Part shown: piece by piece, positions 29,324 to 38,779 of the stretch | Position numbering within the stretch: the first letter of the stretch is position 1 | Layout: each line of letters opens with the position of its first letter | From: Opitutales bacterium | GTDB taxonomy: Bacteria > Verrucomicrobiota > Verrucomicrobiia > Opitutales > JABSRG01 | Length of the DNA: 64,000 bases | Reading direction: 5' to 3' | NCBI GenBank assembly: GCA_049599475.1 | Contig: JBMYOQ010000010.1 | Coordinates: 1-64,000, forward strand | Translations under genes and position numbers: made by a program | Notes under the pieces: model-generated | Database searches by the model: none | What the model was told of the DNA's origin: nothing | What the model saw: only the letters and a program-made list of their open reading frames with translations

Positions 29324-31159
29324 CTAAGGCAGTGACGATATAAAAAAGCGAAAATAGTCCTCTGGCGATGTATCATCGAATGCTGGAGGCTCAACATCCA
29401 GCACATCGACAACTTCACTAATCCGCACACCATTTAATTCCGAAAAATGATGTTCGAATATTTGCTTTCGTTGAACACGCTCATCCAGGATAAATACAGT
29501 TTCGGAATACCCCCCGGGCACCCTTGCTTCCCACTCTAAGGAATTAGAATCGAACTCTAAAATTTCATACAAGAAAATCGGTGGTCGCCCTTTCACATCT
29601 AAAAACCATTTTAGATTACTTAGATTCTTATTAACACGAGCAATCGATGTAGTATCCGCCTCTAAAGTAGCCCAGAGAGGAGGTTGCTCACAAATAATCA
29701 ATGCACGCCCATCGGGAAGCTCCGACAGAAGCTGCCTCGCAATCACGAGCTCTTTGGCTGGCCAGTAATTTTCCGAATAAACCGCAAATTGCATTTTCGG
29801 AAATCCGTAAATTGCCGTACCTAAACATGAAAACATGACCATACCAAGGCGCACCCTGAAAGCGTAATCAAACCTGTAAATACAGTAGGTCGGAGCGATC
29901 ACCAGCCCCAGATAATAGGGCAGCGCTAAGCGGCTAATAATAAAATCGTCTAGCTGTCCATAAAAGTAGACTAATAGTACAAAAAAGTGAAGGACCAGAA
30001 ATCCCCCCCAAGCCAACATTATCACATCAACACCATCATCACGTCGCCCAGACCCAACAACTCTAAACATCATACCAATACATCCAATTATCCCAATACA
30101 GCCCACGATTGCTACGAATAGAGAATTTGCTAAAACGTCACCTGTGTGAAAAAAGTAGCGAAAAGCATGTCCTAAATTAGGCAATATATATTCGAGCGAA
30201 AATGGTCGCACAACGCCCTCATGCCCCCACATCTGCCAATTTAAAGAATTCTCTCCAAAAACTTGATACCGCCACAAATAAGGAATCAACAAAATAGGCG
30301 AAATCAAAAGTATTGGAGATAAGAATACTTTTTGATCCCTTATCCACAAAACTAGAATCATAGCCCCCGCCAAGAAAATGATTAATACCGATTCATAGCG
30401 CGTATAAGCAGTGAGAACTGCAATAAAACACAAACTGTCCTGAGACAGGCGGTCTCTGCACTCAAAATGCTGCCAACATAATAAAAAAGTAGACAAGATT
30501 AGAAGAAGATTAAGAGTTTCAAACCCTGCGCCATTCACCGTTCTTGAAAATTCCGGTATACCAACCCACAATACCACGATAGATATACCCGCAAAAATTC
30601 CACCAATTCGACAACCCGCATAAAACAGGAGACAGATAAATATCCATCCTAGGAAGGCATTCAGAATGAATGCGTTTTCGATAGAATAACCAAATGCGTG
30701 GTGAATCCACGATAATAGATATGCGAAAAGTTGAGGGCGCTTATCTACAAAACTATTTAAAACAAATCGCTCCCCATTTACTCGATACACATGATCAGGT
30801 GTAGCAGATTGCTTTGATTCAAAAATCATTCTAGACGCCCCCACCTGAACAGGCTCATCCATTAGAATCTTATATTCATCACGCTCAAAGAGTTGAGTCG
30901 CACCCCACGCCAATGAACATATAAAAACTGAAAGAGCTACCTTGCGCCCTCCCCCCTTCCAGCTTCCCGAAAACCTCCTAATACTCAAGATCCCTAAAAC
31001 ACATGCTAAAATCAGCATTGCCGAGAAAAACCAGAAATCTATATACCGCGCATACTCAGCCCCCACACCTTTCGACCTAACCCAGCCAAACCAAATACTA
31101 AACAGACCAACTACAAACATTGGCCACATCTTCAACAATTCCCTAAGAACTGATTTCAT
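29324..31159 (-). CDS. GT-C-like polytopic membrane protein, paralog 3
   Basis: KILMDEP, DKRP, GFETLN, TRYES, YFYG...SRLALP shared with 34594 and 36462 ORFs. Confidence 0.75.
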   Translation of the reverse strand: MKSVLRELLKMWPMFVVGLFSIWFGWVRSKGVGAEYARYIDFWFFSAMLILACVLGILSIRRFSGSWKGGGRKVALSVFICSLAWGATQLFERDEYKILMDEPVQVGASRMIFESKQSATPDHVYRVNGERFVLNSFVDKRPQLFAYLLSWIHHAFGYSIENAFILNAFLGWIFICLLFYAGCRIGGIFAGISIVVLWVGIPEFSRTVNGAGFETLNLLLILSTFLLCWQHFECRDRLSQDSLCFIAVLTAYTRYESVLIIFLAGAMILVLWIRDQKVFLSPILLISPILLIPYLWRYQVFGENSLNWQMWGHEGVVRPFSLEYILPNLGHAFRYFFHTGDVLANSLFVAIVGCIGIIGCIGMMFRVVGSGRRDDGVDVIMLAWGGFLVLHFFVLLVYFYGQLDDFIISRLALPYYLGLVIAPTYCIYRFDYAFRVRLGMVMFSCLGTAIYGFPKMQFAVYSENYWPAKELVIARQLLSELPDGRALIICEQPPLWATLEADTTSIARVNKNLSNLKWFLDVKGRPPIFLYEILEFDSNSLEWEARVPGGYSETVFILDERVQRKQIFEHHFSELNGVRISEVVDVLDVEPPAFDDTSPEDYFRFFISSLP

Positions 31160-31983
31160 CTAGACCTAGGCTTTCGAGCAAATACACCCATATTCCAACT
31201 CAGCCACCTAAGGCCAGGAATCCGCAACAAACATTGATCCAACCAAGCGAAAGGCAACCACCACCGCAAAGATTTAGCTGACTCTTCATAAATGCATTTC
31301 CAATACCTAACTTCATTGGGATTTTTCTTATCCCAAAAATAATATTTTAGAAACAGAACAAGAGACGTTAGCCAGAAAAATCGAGTTCGAACCTCCCCGA
31401 AGTACTCCCGCAATAAGGCCAAATCACGAAAGCCAAGTGGCTGTTCATCTTCGGATCGAACATTCGATGCAATTTTTCGATAAACATTAATTGCCGGATT
31501 ATAACGCACAGGATCCCAACTACAAAAAACACCATCAGGCTTCAAAAGCCGAACCACTCCATTGTAAAAGCTTTGGGCATCACTTAGATGGTGTATAACA
31601 TTTGCCGCATATATTATATCATAATGGGCAGGGTTCAGCTCCAAGGTTTCCGCTGCTCCCAGCGCAGTCTCAATCTCGACTCCATAATGCCTTGCGAGCG
31701 CTTTTGAAAATTCGAGCATCTGCGGTGAGAGGTCACTCGCCGTGACAATAGCACCCTTTGAAGCAAAATACACAGCGGATTCCCCCAAACCACAACCTAG
31801 ATCCAAGACCCTTTTTCCCTGAACATTCCCGAGCTGCCGAAAAATCCACTTATTCTCGAATGCTGCAGGTCCTTCAAAAATATTCTCCAATTGGATACTC
31901 TCAACGCGCATACCATGGGCCCAGTCATCATGAAATACTCTCTCACGTTCCAGTCGGTTTTGATTCAGCCTACCTTTACTCAT
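31156..31983 (-). CDS. Class I SAM-dependent methyltransferase
   Basis: VLDLGCGLG, NVIHHL, LKPDG. Confidence 0.9.
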   Translation of the reverse strand: MSKGRLNQNRLERERVFHDDWAHGMRVESIQLENIFEGPAAFENKWIFRQLGNVQGKRVLDLGCGLGESAVYFASKGAIVTASDLSPQMLEFSKALARHYGVEIETALGAAETLELNPAHYDIIYAANVIHHLSDAQSFYNGVVRLLKPDGVFCSWDPVRYNPAINVYRKIASNVRSEDEQPLGFRDLALLREYFGEVRTRFFWLTSLVLFLKYYFWDKKNPNEVRYWKCIYEESAKSLRWWLPFAWLDQCLLRIPGLRWLSWNMGVFARKPRSR

Positions 31984-32959
31984 TTTCCAAAGGTTTCGAA
32001 TGAACGGATTCCTTCAGAATGTACCAAGGCCTAGCCTTAAGAGCCTCGTATATTCGGCTAACATATTCCCCGACAATTCCTAGTCCGAGCAATATCATTC
32101 CCCCTATTAGCGAAAGCAGTACGATCAAAGAAGGCCAACCTTTCACCGTATCTCCAAGAACATACCATCTTCCGACAACATAGACACCATATCCGAAGCC
32201 CATCAGACCAATGAACACGCCTGCCAGAGTAATTATCCGGATAGGTAAAGCAGAGAAGGAAAGGACACCGTTCAGGGCGAAACCAAGCATTTTTATTAAT
32301 GAGAACTTCGTAATCCCGTGTGTTCGAACAGGCCTATCGAAATAGACTCCCGTTTGAGGGAATCCCATCCAAGCAAACATACCACGCAGGAACCTATCTC
32401 GCTCCGGCATCATCTCCAGGACATGCAGGCACCGCCTAGAAATGAGGCGAAAATCACCCGCATCTGCAGGCAGATCTGGATGAATAAAAAGACGCATAAA
32501 CCGATAAAAAAACCAGGCTGTGGCACGCTTAAACATGGATTCTCCTACTCTTTTCCGACGGATCCCGTAAACAATATCGAACCCAGAATTATAAGCATTC
32601 ACCATTTCAAAAATCACCTCGAGAGGATCCTGCAAATCTGCATCAAGTGTGACTACAGCATCCCCTCTCGCGAAATCCAAACCTGCAGATAGAGCCGATT
32701 GATGCCCAAAATTTCTACTAAACGAATACAAACGAATACACTCATCTCGCTCTGCCCACGCAGTCAGAAGCGAAAAGCTGTCGTCTTCAGAGCCGTCATC
32801 AACAAAAATAATCTCAAGGTTAAACGGGAGGTCTCGCCTCCACTCTGCAAGGGCAACCTCCAAATGCGGAATGACACCCTCTTCATTGTAGATCGGAAAT
32901 ACTAATGACAGGAGCTCTATGTTTGGCCTATCGAGGATTCTTTGAGATTTTGAATTCAC
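31976..32959 (-). CDS. GT2 bactoprenol glycosyltransferase (GtrB/YkcC-like)
   Basis: PIYNEE, VDDGS, SRNFGHQ, DADLQDP, GDFRL, RFLRG, GEYVSRIY; two TM. Confidence 0.92.
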   Translation of the reverse strand: MNSKSQRILDRPNIELLSLVFPIYNEEGVIPHLEVALAEWRRDLPFNLEIIFVDDGSEDDSFSLLTAWAERDECIRLYSFSRNFGHQSALSAGLDFARGDAVVTLDADLQDPLEVIFEMVNAYNSGFDIVYGIRRKRVGESMFKRATAWFFYRFMRLFIHPDLPADAGDFRLISRRCLHVLEMMPERDRFLRGMFAWMGFPQTGVYFDRPVRTHGITKFSLIKMLGFALNGVLSFSALPIRIITLAGVFIGLMGFGYGVYVVGRWYVLGDTVKGWPSLIVLLSLIGGMILLGLGIVGEYVSRIYEALKARPWYILKESVHSKPLENE

Positions 32960-32976
32960 ATTCAGGAGAATATTGA

Positions 32977-34575
32977 TTAATCGACAGCTTCAGTAACTAC
33001 ATCATTCTTTCTTGGAGCAAAAACTAATATTTTGTTTTGGCCACGCCCAAATTGATCACGGTGCCTGAAATATAGAAAATAAACGGGTATGTCTATGGAA
33101 CCGACCAATTTATAAGATTCACTGAGAGTTGGCATAACCTTCGTATATTCGATAAAGTTCCTTCGATTGTGCACGGGGGATAAAAAGATAAAATCATAGT
33201 GTTTATCCGAAAGCGCCATTCTCTGGATTTTCTCGTATCGCTCAATCAATTCCGAATATGGGCCAGTCCGCTCCAAATTAAAATTGATCAAATACTCAGC
33301 CTGCCCATTATCAACCAGCTCAGCGTCCTTCGCTACCCTAGACAAAGGCTCAAGTACCGGATCTAACAATACTTTAGATTCCAGCGTCATTGCCAAAAAT
33401 TTTGGAAATTCTGAAGTCTTCGGATTGCGGGGAATTTGTGCCAGCAACACCAGCGCATTAGTGATTAAAAGAAGGCACTTCCATCCCGCAAACAATAAAG
33501 CACCCGAGGAAAATACGGATATTAACAAGGGTGGCAGCAGAAGGTGGAGGAAATAGATCAGAAAAGCCCCGCCATGCCAGCCAAGAGAGGAGAGTAAAGC
33601 TGCGGCCGCTACAATCGTCATAAAACGATCAAACCCAATCGCCTTCTGAAAAACAGAGGCATCACCGAAATAGAGGCGCAGCGGGGAAAGCCGAAATTTT
33701 TTAAAGCACTTATACGGGAAATTGAGAAAAAAAATTAAAATCGGAAAGAAGAATAGGCTCCCAAAAGCCAAGCACTGCCTAACAAGTTCTCCCAATACCC
33801 GCGTCGTATATCCAGCGTGTATGGCGAACACTGAATGAAAATATGCCGGCCACAAATCATTGATAAATAGCCCCCCTAAAACTGTGATGCCAAGCGTAAA
33901 CAGCGCAGCCAGCAATGCTCTCCGAGGAGATACAAACAGATAAACGTACGTAAGGACCGAAGGAATAATAAGTACTACATAGGGTTTCGTGAGAAGTCCT
34001 AGAAACCCAAGAAGAACAACGACCATAATCTCACCAATCGAAAAGGAACTTCTTAAAGCAAAGGCAATTCCTGCTATATAAAGTAAAACAGCCAAACTGT
34101 CTGGGCCTGCAGCGATAGACGGAGAGCCAACCATCCCAACGTAATACAAAATCGCGCCCCAAAGCCCGCACATAACACCAGCCCTAAAAGCGACTATAAA
34201 TCCAATTAGGACACTCCCAATAAGTATAAAAATCCCGACAAGTATTCGCTGTGTCAAATACGGGTCATTCTGATGCAGGGATCCAGATAGAGAAACAACA
34301 AGCGGGTATATAGGTCCATATAAATTTGTGAATTGGGGTAAAGAATCCGTAGAATACATTGCTGGAGCTTCCGGTTCGAGCAAACCTTCAACGATCAATA
34401 TAAATGAGGATTCTCTCGGCGTTAAAGGCCAGAACTCATCGACCACTCCAAAGTGAAGTCTTGAATAAAGAGAAAACAAAAGAAGCAATACGGAAACCAC
34501 GAGCCAACGAGACAACAATCGCAAGCTGCCATTATTGAGAATACTAGCTATCTTTCTCATTGTGCTCTTATGCAC
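32977..34575 (-). CDS. GT-C-like polytopic membrane protein
   Basis: Multi-TM; PRES first loop, NLYGPIYP, GPDS, LTKP motifs. Confidence 0.6.
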   Translation of the reverse strand: MHKSTMRKIASILNNGSLRLLSRWLVVSVLLLLFSLYSRLHFGVVDEFWPLTPRESSFILIVEGLLEPEAPAMYSTDSLPQFTNLYGPIYPLVVSLSGSLHQNDPYLTQRILVGIFILIGSVLIGFIVAFRAGVMCGLWGAILYYVGMVGSPSIAAGPDSLAVLLYIAGIAFALRSSFSIGEIMVVVLLGFLGLLTKPYVVLIIPSVLTYVYLFVSPRRALLAALFTLGITVLGGLFINDLWPAYFHSVFAIHAGYTTRVLGELVRQCLAFGSLFFFPILIFFLNFPYKCFKKFRLSPLRLYFGDASVFQKAIGFDRFMTIVAAAALLSSLGWHGGAFLIYFLHLLLPPLLISVFSSGALLFAGWKCLLLITNALVLLAQIPRNPKTSEFPKFLAMTLESKVLLDPVLEPLSRVAKDAELVDNGQAEYLINFNLERTGPYSELIERYEKIQRMALSDKHYDFIFLSPVHNRRNFIEYTKVMPTLSESYKLVGSIDIPVYFLYFRHRDQFGRGQNKILVFAPRKNDVVTEAVD

Positions 34576-34593
34576 CTCGATTCATATGAGCTC

Positions 34594-36384
34594 TCAATTT
34601 CCCTCAGAGACATAAGATACAATAAATTGGTGCAAGAAATAGTTATCGGGCAATGGAACAGGATCGCGATTTTTTTTAACATTAACAGAAGGCCCTAACT
34701 CCGGCAAGGTATCAACCAAAGATGGGCTAATCGCGAAAACGATAAGTTCATCCCCTTTATCAATCCGTCTGCTAAGACTCGCCCAACTTTGGGATGAGGC
34801 GGGTATAGGATAGCTAGGGAAACCGGCCATATAAGCCGCCTGAGGAAAATGGGTATAGACACGCTTCGAAGCCAATTTCTCAACATCTTCAAGAGTTTCA
34901 AGCATGGCTATTACTGCCATGCGTTCAACATAACTCGTCATCGCATCAGGTTCTTTAACTCGAGGCCCGACTTGAAAGACTATGGAAAGCGCGCACAAGA
35001 GGATCATAAGCATCTGCGCGCGGCGACTCGCTAAGATGCCAGACACGGGAACAAGAAGACACGCCATAAGGAAAAAGGGCAGGCTCAAACGGCTAACCAC
35101 CGGATCCGTCCAATCACCCCAAAAATAGAATAGCAAAAGCATGACACCCAATAACACTCCTACAGAGACAGACATAAACGCAATGCTGACTGAAGAGAGC
35201 TGCTGACTTATCCTGGGCCTTCGTAAAAAGAAACTTCGAAAGAGATAGATAATGGCCATCGAAGCTACTATGCTCATTATCGGGGAGCTGCCTGCTCCCT
35301 CTATCCTATCAAATGTGAACTCAAACATCGATTTCAGATTCTCATAGAAATGACTTGGGCTGAATAAATCGTCCTGCGCAACTCCTGATTTCATATATGC
35401 TCCTCCATCCGTCTGTTGCGCCAAGCGATAAGCCCACGCAAGGGGCAAACACAAAAATGGAATAAAAAGCAAATACAGAGGAAATAATAATCTTCGATTT
35501 CGTATCCACCCTACAATGACTAACACTATACAAGAGAGGACGTAAAAAGCACTCTCGTAACGAGTATGCGCAAGCAAAACTCCCACAAACAGCATACCGC
35601 TCAAATCAAGCGCACGCCCTTTTGTCAGCCAACTTTCTCCCAAAAGTATCAGCATCAATATTCCTGCTAGATTTAAAAGCTCTGCCCCACCCCCAAGGGA
35701 TGCTAAAAAATATAGCGGAAAAGTTGCCCAGAGCAGGGCGGTAGCAAGAGCTCCAAGAACATTTCTACAGATGTGAAATGCGACAGCATAAACCAATAAA
35801 ACAACTGTCAGCCCTAACAGAAAGTTAAGTACAAAGACATTCTGATAGTTATAGCCAAACAGAGCATGAATGGATGCCAAAAGAACCGGCATAGCCAGAG
35901 GCCTTTTGTCTGGCTTAATCTCTTGAATCACCAATTCTCCTTCTTCCCAATCACTGTAAATTGGGATCCCAGCTTGATCCTCAAAATATATCGCAGAAGC
36001 AGTAGCGGAGATTACAGGCTCATCGTTAATAATATTAAAACTTGGTGTGTTTAATTTGTAAATACACACATAACCAAGTAACAAAATCGAACCCGACAAA
36101 AAGTGATATTTAAAACTATCATAAAATCTAATCACCCCCCCCATCTTTGATGCCCACTGAAAAACCAGGGACCCTATTAAGGCAATTGCAGCCATGTAAA
36201 CGAGAGCCACGACATCATCCGATAACTCCAAAAAAAGCTGCTCCAGCCTACCTGAATCCAACGCAAAAAATCCGTAATAAATTCCCCCCAAAGCTGCAAC
36301 TGCGAACAGCGAAAGCGATAAGTGAACAGCCGGAATAAACGTCCACTTCTTGACGGAATCTCGGCGATCATACCCCCTATTCAT
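34594..36384 (-). CDS. GT-C-like polytopic membrane protein, paralog 2
   Basis: IINDEP, DKRP, GAELLN, TRYES, YFWG...SRLSLP. Confidence 0.75.
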   Translation of the reverse strand: MNRGYDRRDSVKKWTFIPAVHLSLSLFAVAALGGIYYGFFALDSGRLEQLFLELSDDVVALVYMAAIALIGSLVFQWASKMGGVIRFYDSFKYHFLSGSILLLGYVCIYKLNTPSFNIINDEPVISATASAIYFEDQAGIPIYSDWEEGELVIQEIKPDKRPLAMPVLLASIHALFGYNYQNVFVLNFLLGLTVVLLVYAVAFHICRNVLGALATALLWATFPLYFLASLGGGAELLNLAGILMLILLGESWLTKGRALDLSGMLFVGVLLAHTRYESAFYVLSCIVLVIVGWIRNRRLLFPLYLLFIPFLCLPLAWAYRLAQQTDGGAYMKSGVAQDDLFSPSHFYENLKSMFEFTFDRIEGAGSSPIMSIVASMAIIYLFRSFFLRRPRISQQLSSVSIAFMSVSVGVLLGVMLLLFYFWGDWTDPVVSRLSLPFFLMACLLVPVSGILASRRAQMLMILLCALSIVFQVGPRVKEPDAMTSYVERMAVIAMLETLEDVEKLASKRVYTHFPQAAYMAGFPSYPIPASSQSWASLSRRIDKGDELIVFAISPSLVDTLPELGPSVNVKKNRDPVPLPDNYFLHQFIVSYVSEGN

Positions 36385-36461
36385 ACAATTATGTCAATAT
36401 TTCAGTTTTCGACAGCAACAGACAAGTTTCGCAATAGCCAATAACGGAGACACCGATTTCA

Positions 36462-38210
36462 CTACACCGAGGGCACCCAAGAAGTGATTTTACTGACCAT
36501 GATCCGCGAATAACCAGGTCTATCAATTCGCTCGAAAATCGGCTCCAAAGTTACACGCTCCGGTAGACTATGCGAGTCCTTTGGCCGCCAAATTTCAGAA
36601 TTTCGGTCATATACCTCTTCCTGAAAAACCACTACAGGAAATGCTCTATCTTCAACGATCGGAATCAATATGGATTCATAATCAGCCCATTTAGACAAGT
36701 CCACTACACGCCTGCGCTGCAGCATTGCAGGAGTGGTAGCATAGTCCAAATAAACCGTTGAATCAGGCAACCTCGCAAATGCCTCCAGTCTCACCTCAGA
36801 CCAAACAAGACCGACATAAGAATTCTCCATAGCGTGGGTAATGTTTTTGGGTAATGTTGATGAAGCGATAAAACCTGCAAAGACGAACGACAAAAATTTC
36901 CATTCTCGCTTCTTAAAATGCAGAAGAAATCCAGCAAGGCACATACTCAGCGCAAATGCTAAGTTCAATGGCAATGAAAACCTTGCGGTTTCATAACTCG
37001 TCCATTCCCCCCAAAAGTAGCTAAGAAAAATAAGGGTCAACCCAAGAAGCCCTACTATCGAAACGAGCATGATAGTGTTCTTGGCCGAATAATCAAAACG
37101 CCGAGACACTACCTGGACAAATATTGCTAAAAGACTGAGAATACCCAAGCCCGAGAGAAGCGCGGAGTTTGAAAAGGTCATCGATATCGAAAACAAATAC
37201 TCGAGCGCTGCTCTTCCATTGGGAAGCAGATGGGAGATAGCAAAAGGGGCCTCGTGGCTTGACCCGTCGCGTGTGAAAATCTGCGGATTGGCCAGGATCA
37301 ACCGATGTAGCCAGGCGATGGGGATACAGAAGAGAGGAATCAGAATCGATATGAAAGAAATTCGCCAATTATTTGAACGCCATAGCCATATCAGAAAGGG
37401 TGCGATTATAAAAATCGACACCACAGTCTCATATCGGGTTTGCCATAAAAGAACGGCCGCACTCATAAGTACAGATTGGTGCAAACGGTTATCGCCACGT
37501 AGTCTTACTGAATCCAAACTCAACAGGATCAATAATGCTATCAGCACGAGTGAAAGGAGATCAAATCCACCAGCACTCGCTAAGTCATAAAGCAGGGGCA
37601 AGCTACCGATCGCCAGAAGCACAGCTACTCCAACCACCTCAGACCCCGTCAAACTCTTTCCTATTAAGAAGACTAGGACCAAAAAAAGGACGGCAAGTAT
37701 TTTATTTACCCAAAAACTGTTTTCAGCCCGAAAACCTGTTAGATCATGGGCGATCGAAACAAGGAACGGGTAAGCAAGCGGACGCTTATCAATTCTATTT
37801 TCAACAATAGTCCACTCTCCACCCTGGGGCAACGCCACGACACCGTAGCCAATTGAGCGTCTCTCATGCATGGTTTGAGCGACAGAGCCCAATAGCGTCT
37901 CGTCATAGAGAATCTTAAAACGACTCGGCCGCGTAAGGCTCATAACCGCGACCAAGCTGATCGCAATAAAAAGAGCCATGCCTAAGACTCCGTACATTTG
38001 CTTCCAGCCTTTTAAGTGCCTTTTAAAGATGAGAGAACAGAGACAAGCTACAAAACAAAACGACGCTGTCGCGATAGAGTAATATCCGTATTTTGAGAGG
38101 AGACTACCAAATCGCTGCTCTGACCCCCAAAAAAAGCCAAGCCAGATTGCCAAAGTTGACGATATAACAAAACCATAAATAACAGGGTTTGATCGGAAGT
38201 ACGCTCTCAT
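36462..38210 (-). CDS. GT-C-like polytopic membrane protein, paralog 1 (first gene after pilin)
   Basis: KILYDE, DKRP, GFDLLS, TRYET, YFWG...ARFSLP; start moved to ATG at 38210, downstream of the terminator. Confidence 0.75.
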   Translation of the reverse strand: MRAYFRSNPVIYGFVISSTLAIWLGFFWGSEQRFGSLLSKYGYYSIATASFCFVACLCSLIFKRHLKGWKQMYGVLGMALFIAISLVAVMSLTRPSRFKILYDETLLGSVAQTMHERRSIGYGVVALPQGGEWTIVENRIDKRPLAYPFLVSIAHDLTGFRAENSFWVNKILAVLFLVLVFLIGKSLTGSEVVGVAVLLAIGSLPLLYDLASAGGFDLLSLVLIALLILLSLDSVRLRGDNRLHQSVLMSAAVLLWQTRYETVVSIFIIAPFLIWLWRSNNWRISFISILIPLFCIPIAWLHRLILANPQIFTRDGSSHEAPFAISHLLPNGRAALEYLFSISMTFSNSALLSGLGILSLLAIFVQVVSRRFDYSAKNTIMLVSIVGLLGLTLIFLSYFWGEWTSYETARFSLPLNLAFALSMCLAGFLLHFKKREWKFLSFVFAGFIASSTLPKNITHAMENSYVGLVWSEVRLEAFARLPDSTVYLDYATTPAMLQRRRVVDLSKWADYESILIPIVEDRAFPVVVFQEEVYDRNSEIWRPKDSHSLPERVTLEPIFERIDRPGYSRIMVSKITSWVPSV

Positions 38211-38224
38211 CTGAACTGCATACC

Positions 38225-38255
38225 AAAAAAAAGCCGCTTGGCAAAGCAAGCGGCT
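38225..38255 (-). terminator. Intrinsic terminator after the pilin gene
   Basis: Minus strand AGCCGCTTG-ctttgc-CAAGCGGCT followed by a T run. Confidence 0.85.
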
Positions 38256-38282
38256 AGTAAAAAATGCGGTTTTCTCGTCCTA

Positions 38283-38618
38283 CTAGTAAGTAAATCTAGC
38301 GGTCTGTGTTCCGTCAGAAGCGGTCAAAGTACCGCCAGTTTGAGAAACAGTTAAACCAGTATAATCTTCGCCAGCGACCGTAGTGATCGGCTGGAAGTAA
38401 GTACCTTCGAGATCTCCATAATCAACAGAATCCAGTCCCTCTTCGAGAATGTATTGCTGTCCAGCTGCCGCGATCTGGCGGAGGTTATTCTCCATAGCGC
38501 TCAATCTTGAATTTTCACGCACCTTATTGAAGGCTGGGATAGCCATCGCTGCGAGGAGGCCGATGATTACGACCACGATCATGATTTCTACGAGTGTGAA
38601 ACCTTTTTTGTTCTTCAT
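38283..38618 (-). CDS. Type IV pilin, probable major pilin (111-aa prepilin, 105-aa mature)
   Basis: MKNKKG|FTLVEIMIVVVIIGLLAAMAIPAF; own terminator; tandem TAG stops. Confidence 0.9.
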   Translation of the reverse strand: MKNKKGFTLVEIMIVVVIIGLLAAMAIPAFNKVRENSRLSAMENNLRQIAAAGQQYILEEGLDSVDYGDLEGTYFQPITTVAGEDYTGLTVSQTGGTLTASDGTQTARFTY

Positions 38619-38779
38619 GATATTTTTTGGTATTGAATGATTAATGATATACATCGGACCTGTTGGGCCGATAGCTTAAGGCTCTAAGGATATACGGTTT
38701 ATTCAATTGAATTCTTAATCCAAAGGGCTTCAGAGCTAAGTTTTTACCTAATTTTTGGAAATTTTTTTCGTTTTTGCCC

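Noticed and set aside
38283..38618. Electrically conductive e-pilin
   Set aside because: 9 aromatic residues in 105, no aromatic at position 27, and a 25-residue aromatic-free gap; no cytochrome context
38734..38750. sigma54 promoter for the pilin (minus strand TAGGTAAAAACTTAGCT)
   Set aside because: GG-N10-GC spacing fits but the flanking consensus (TGGCAC, TTGC) is poor
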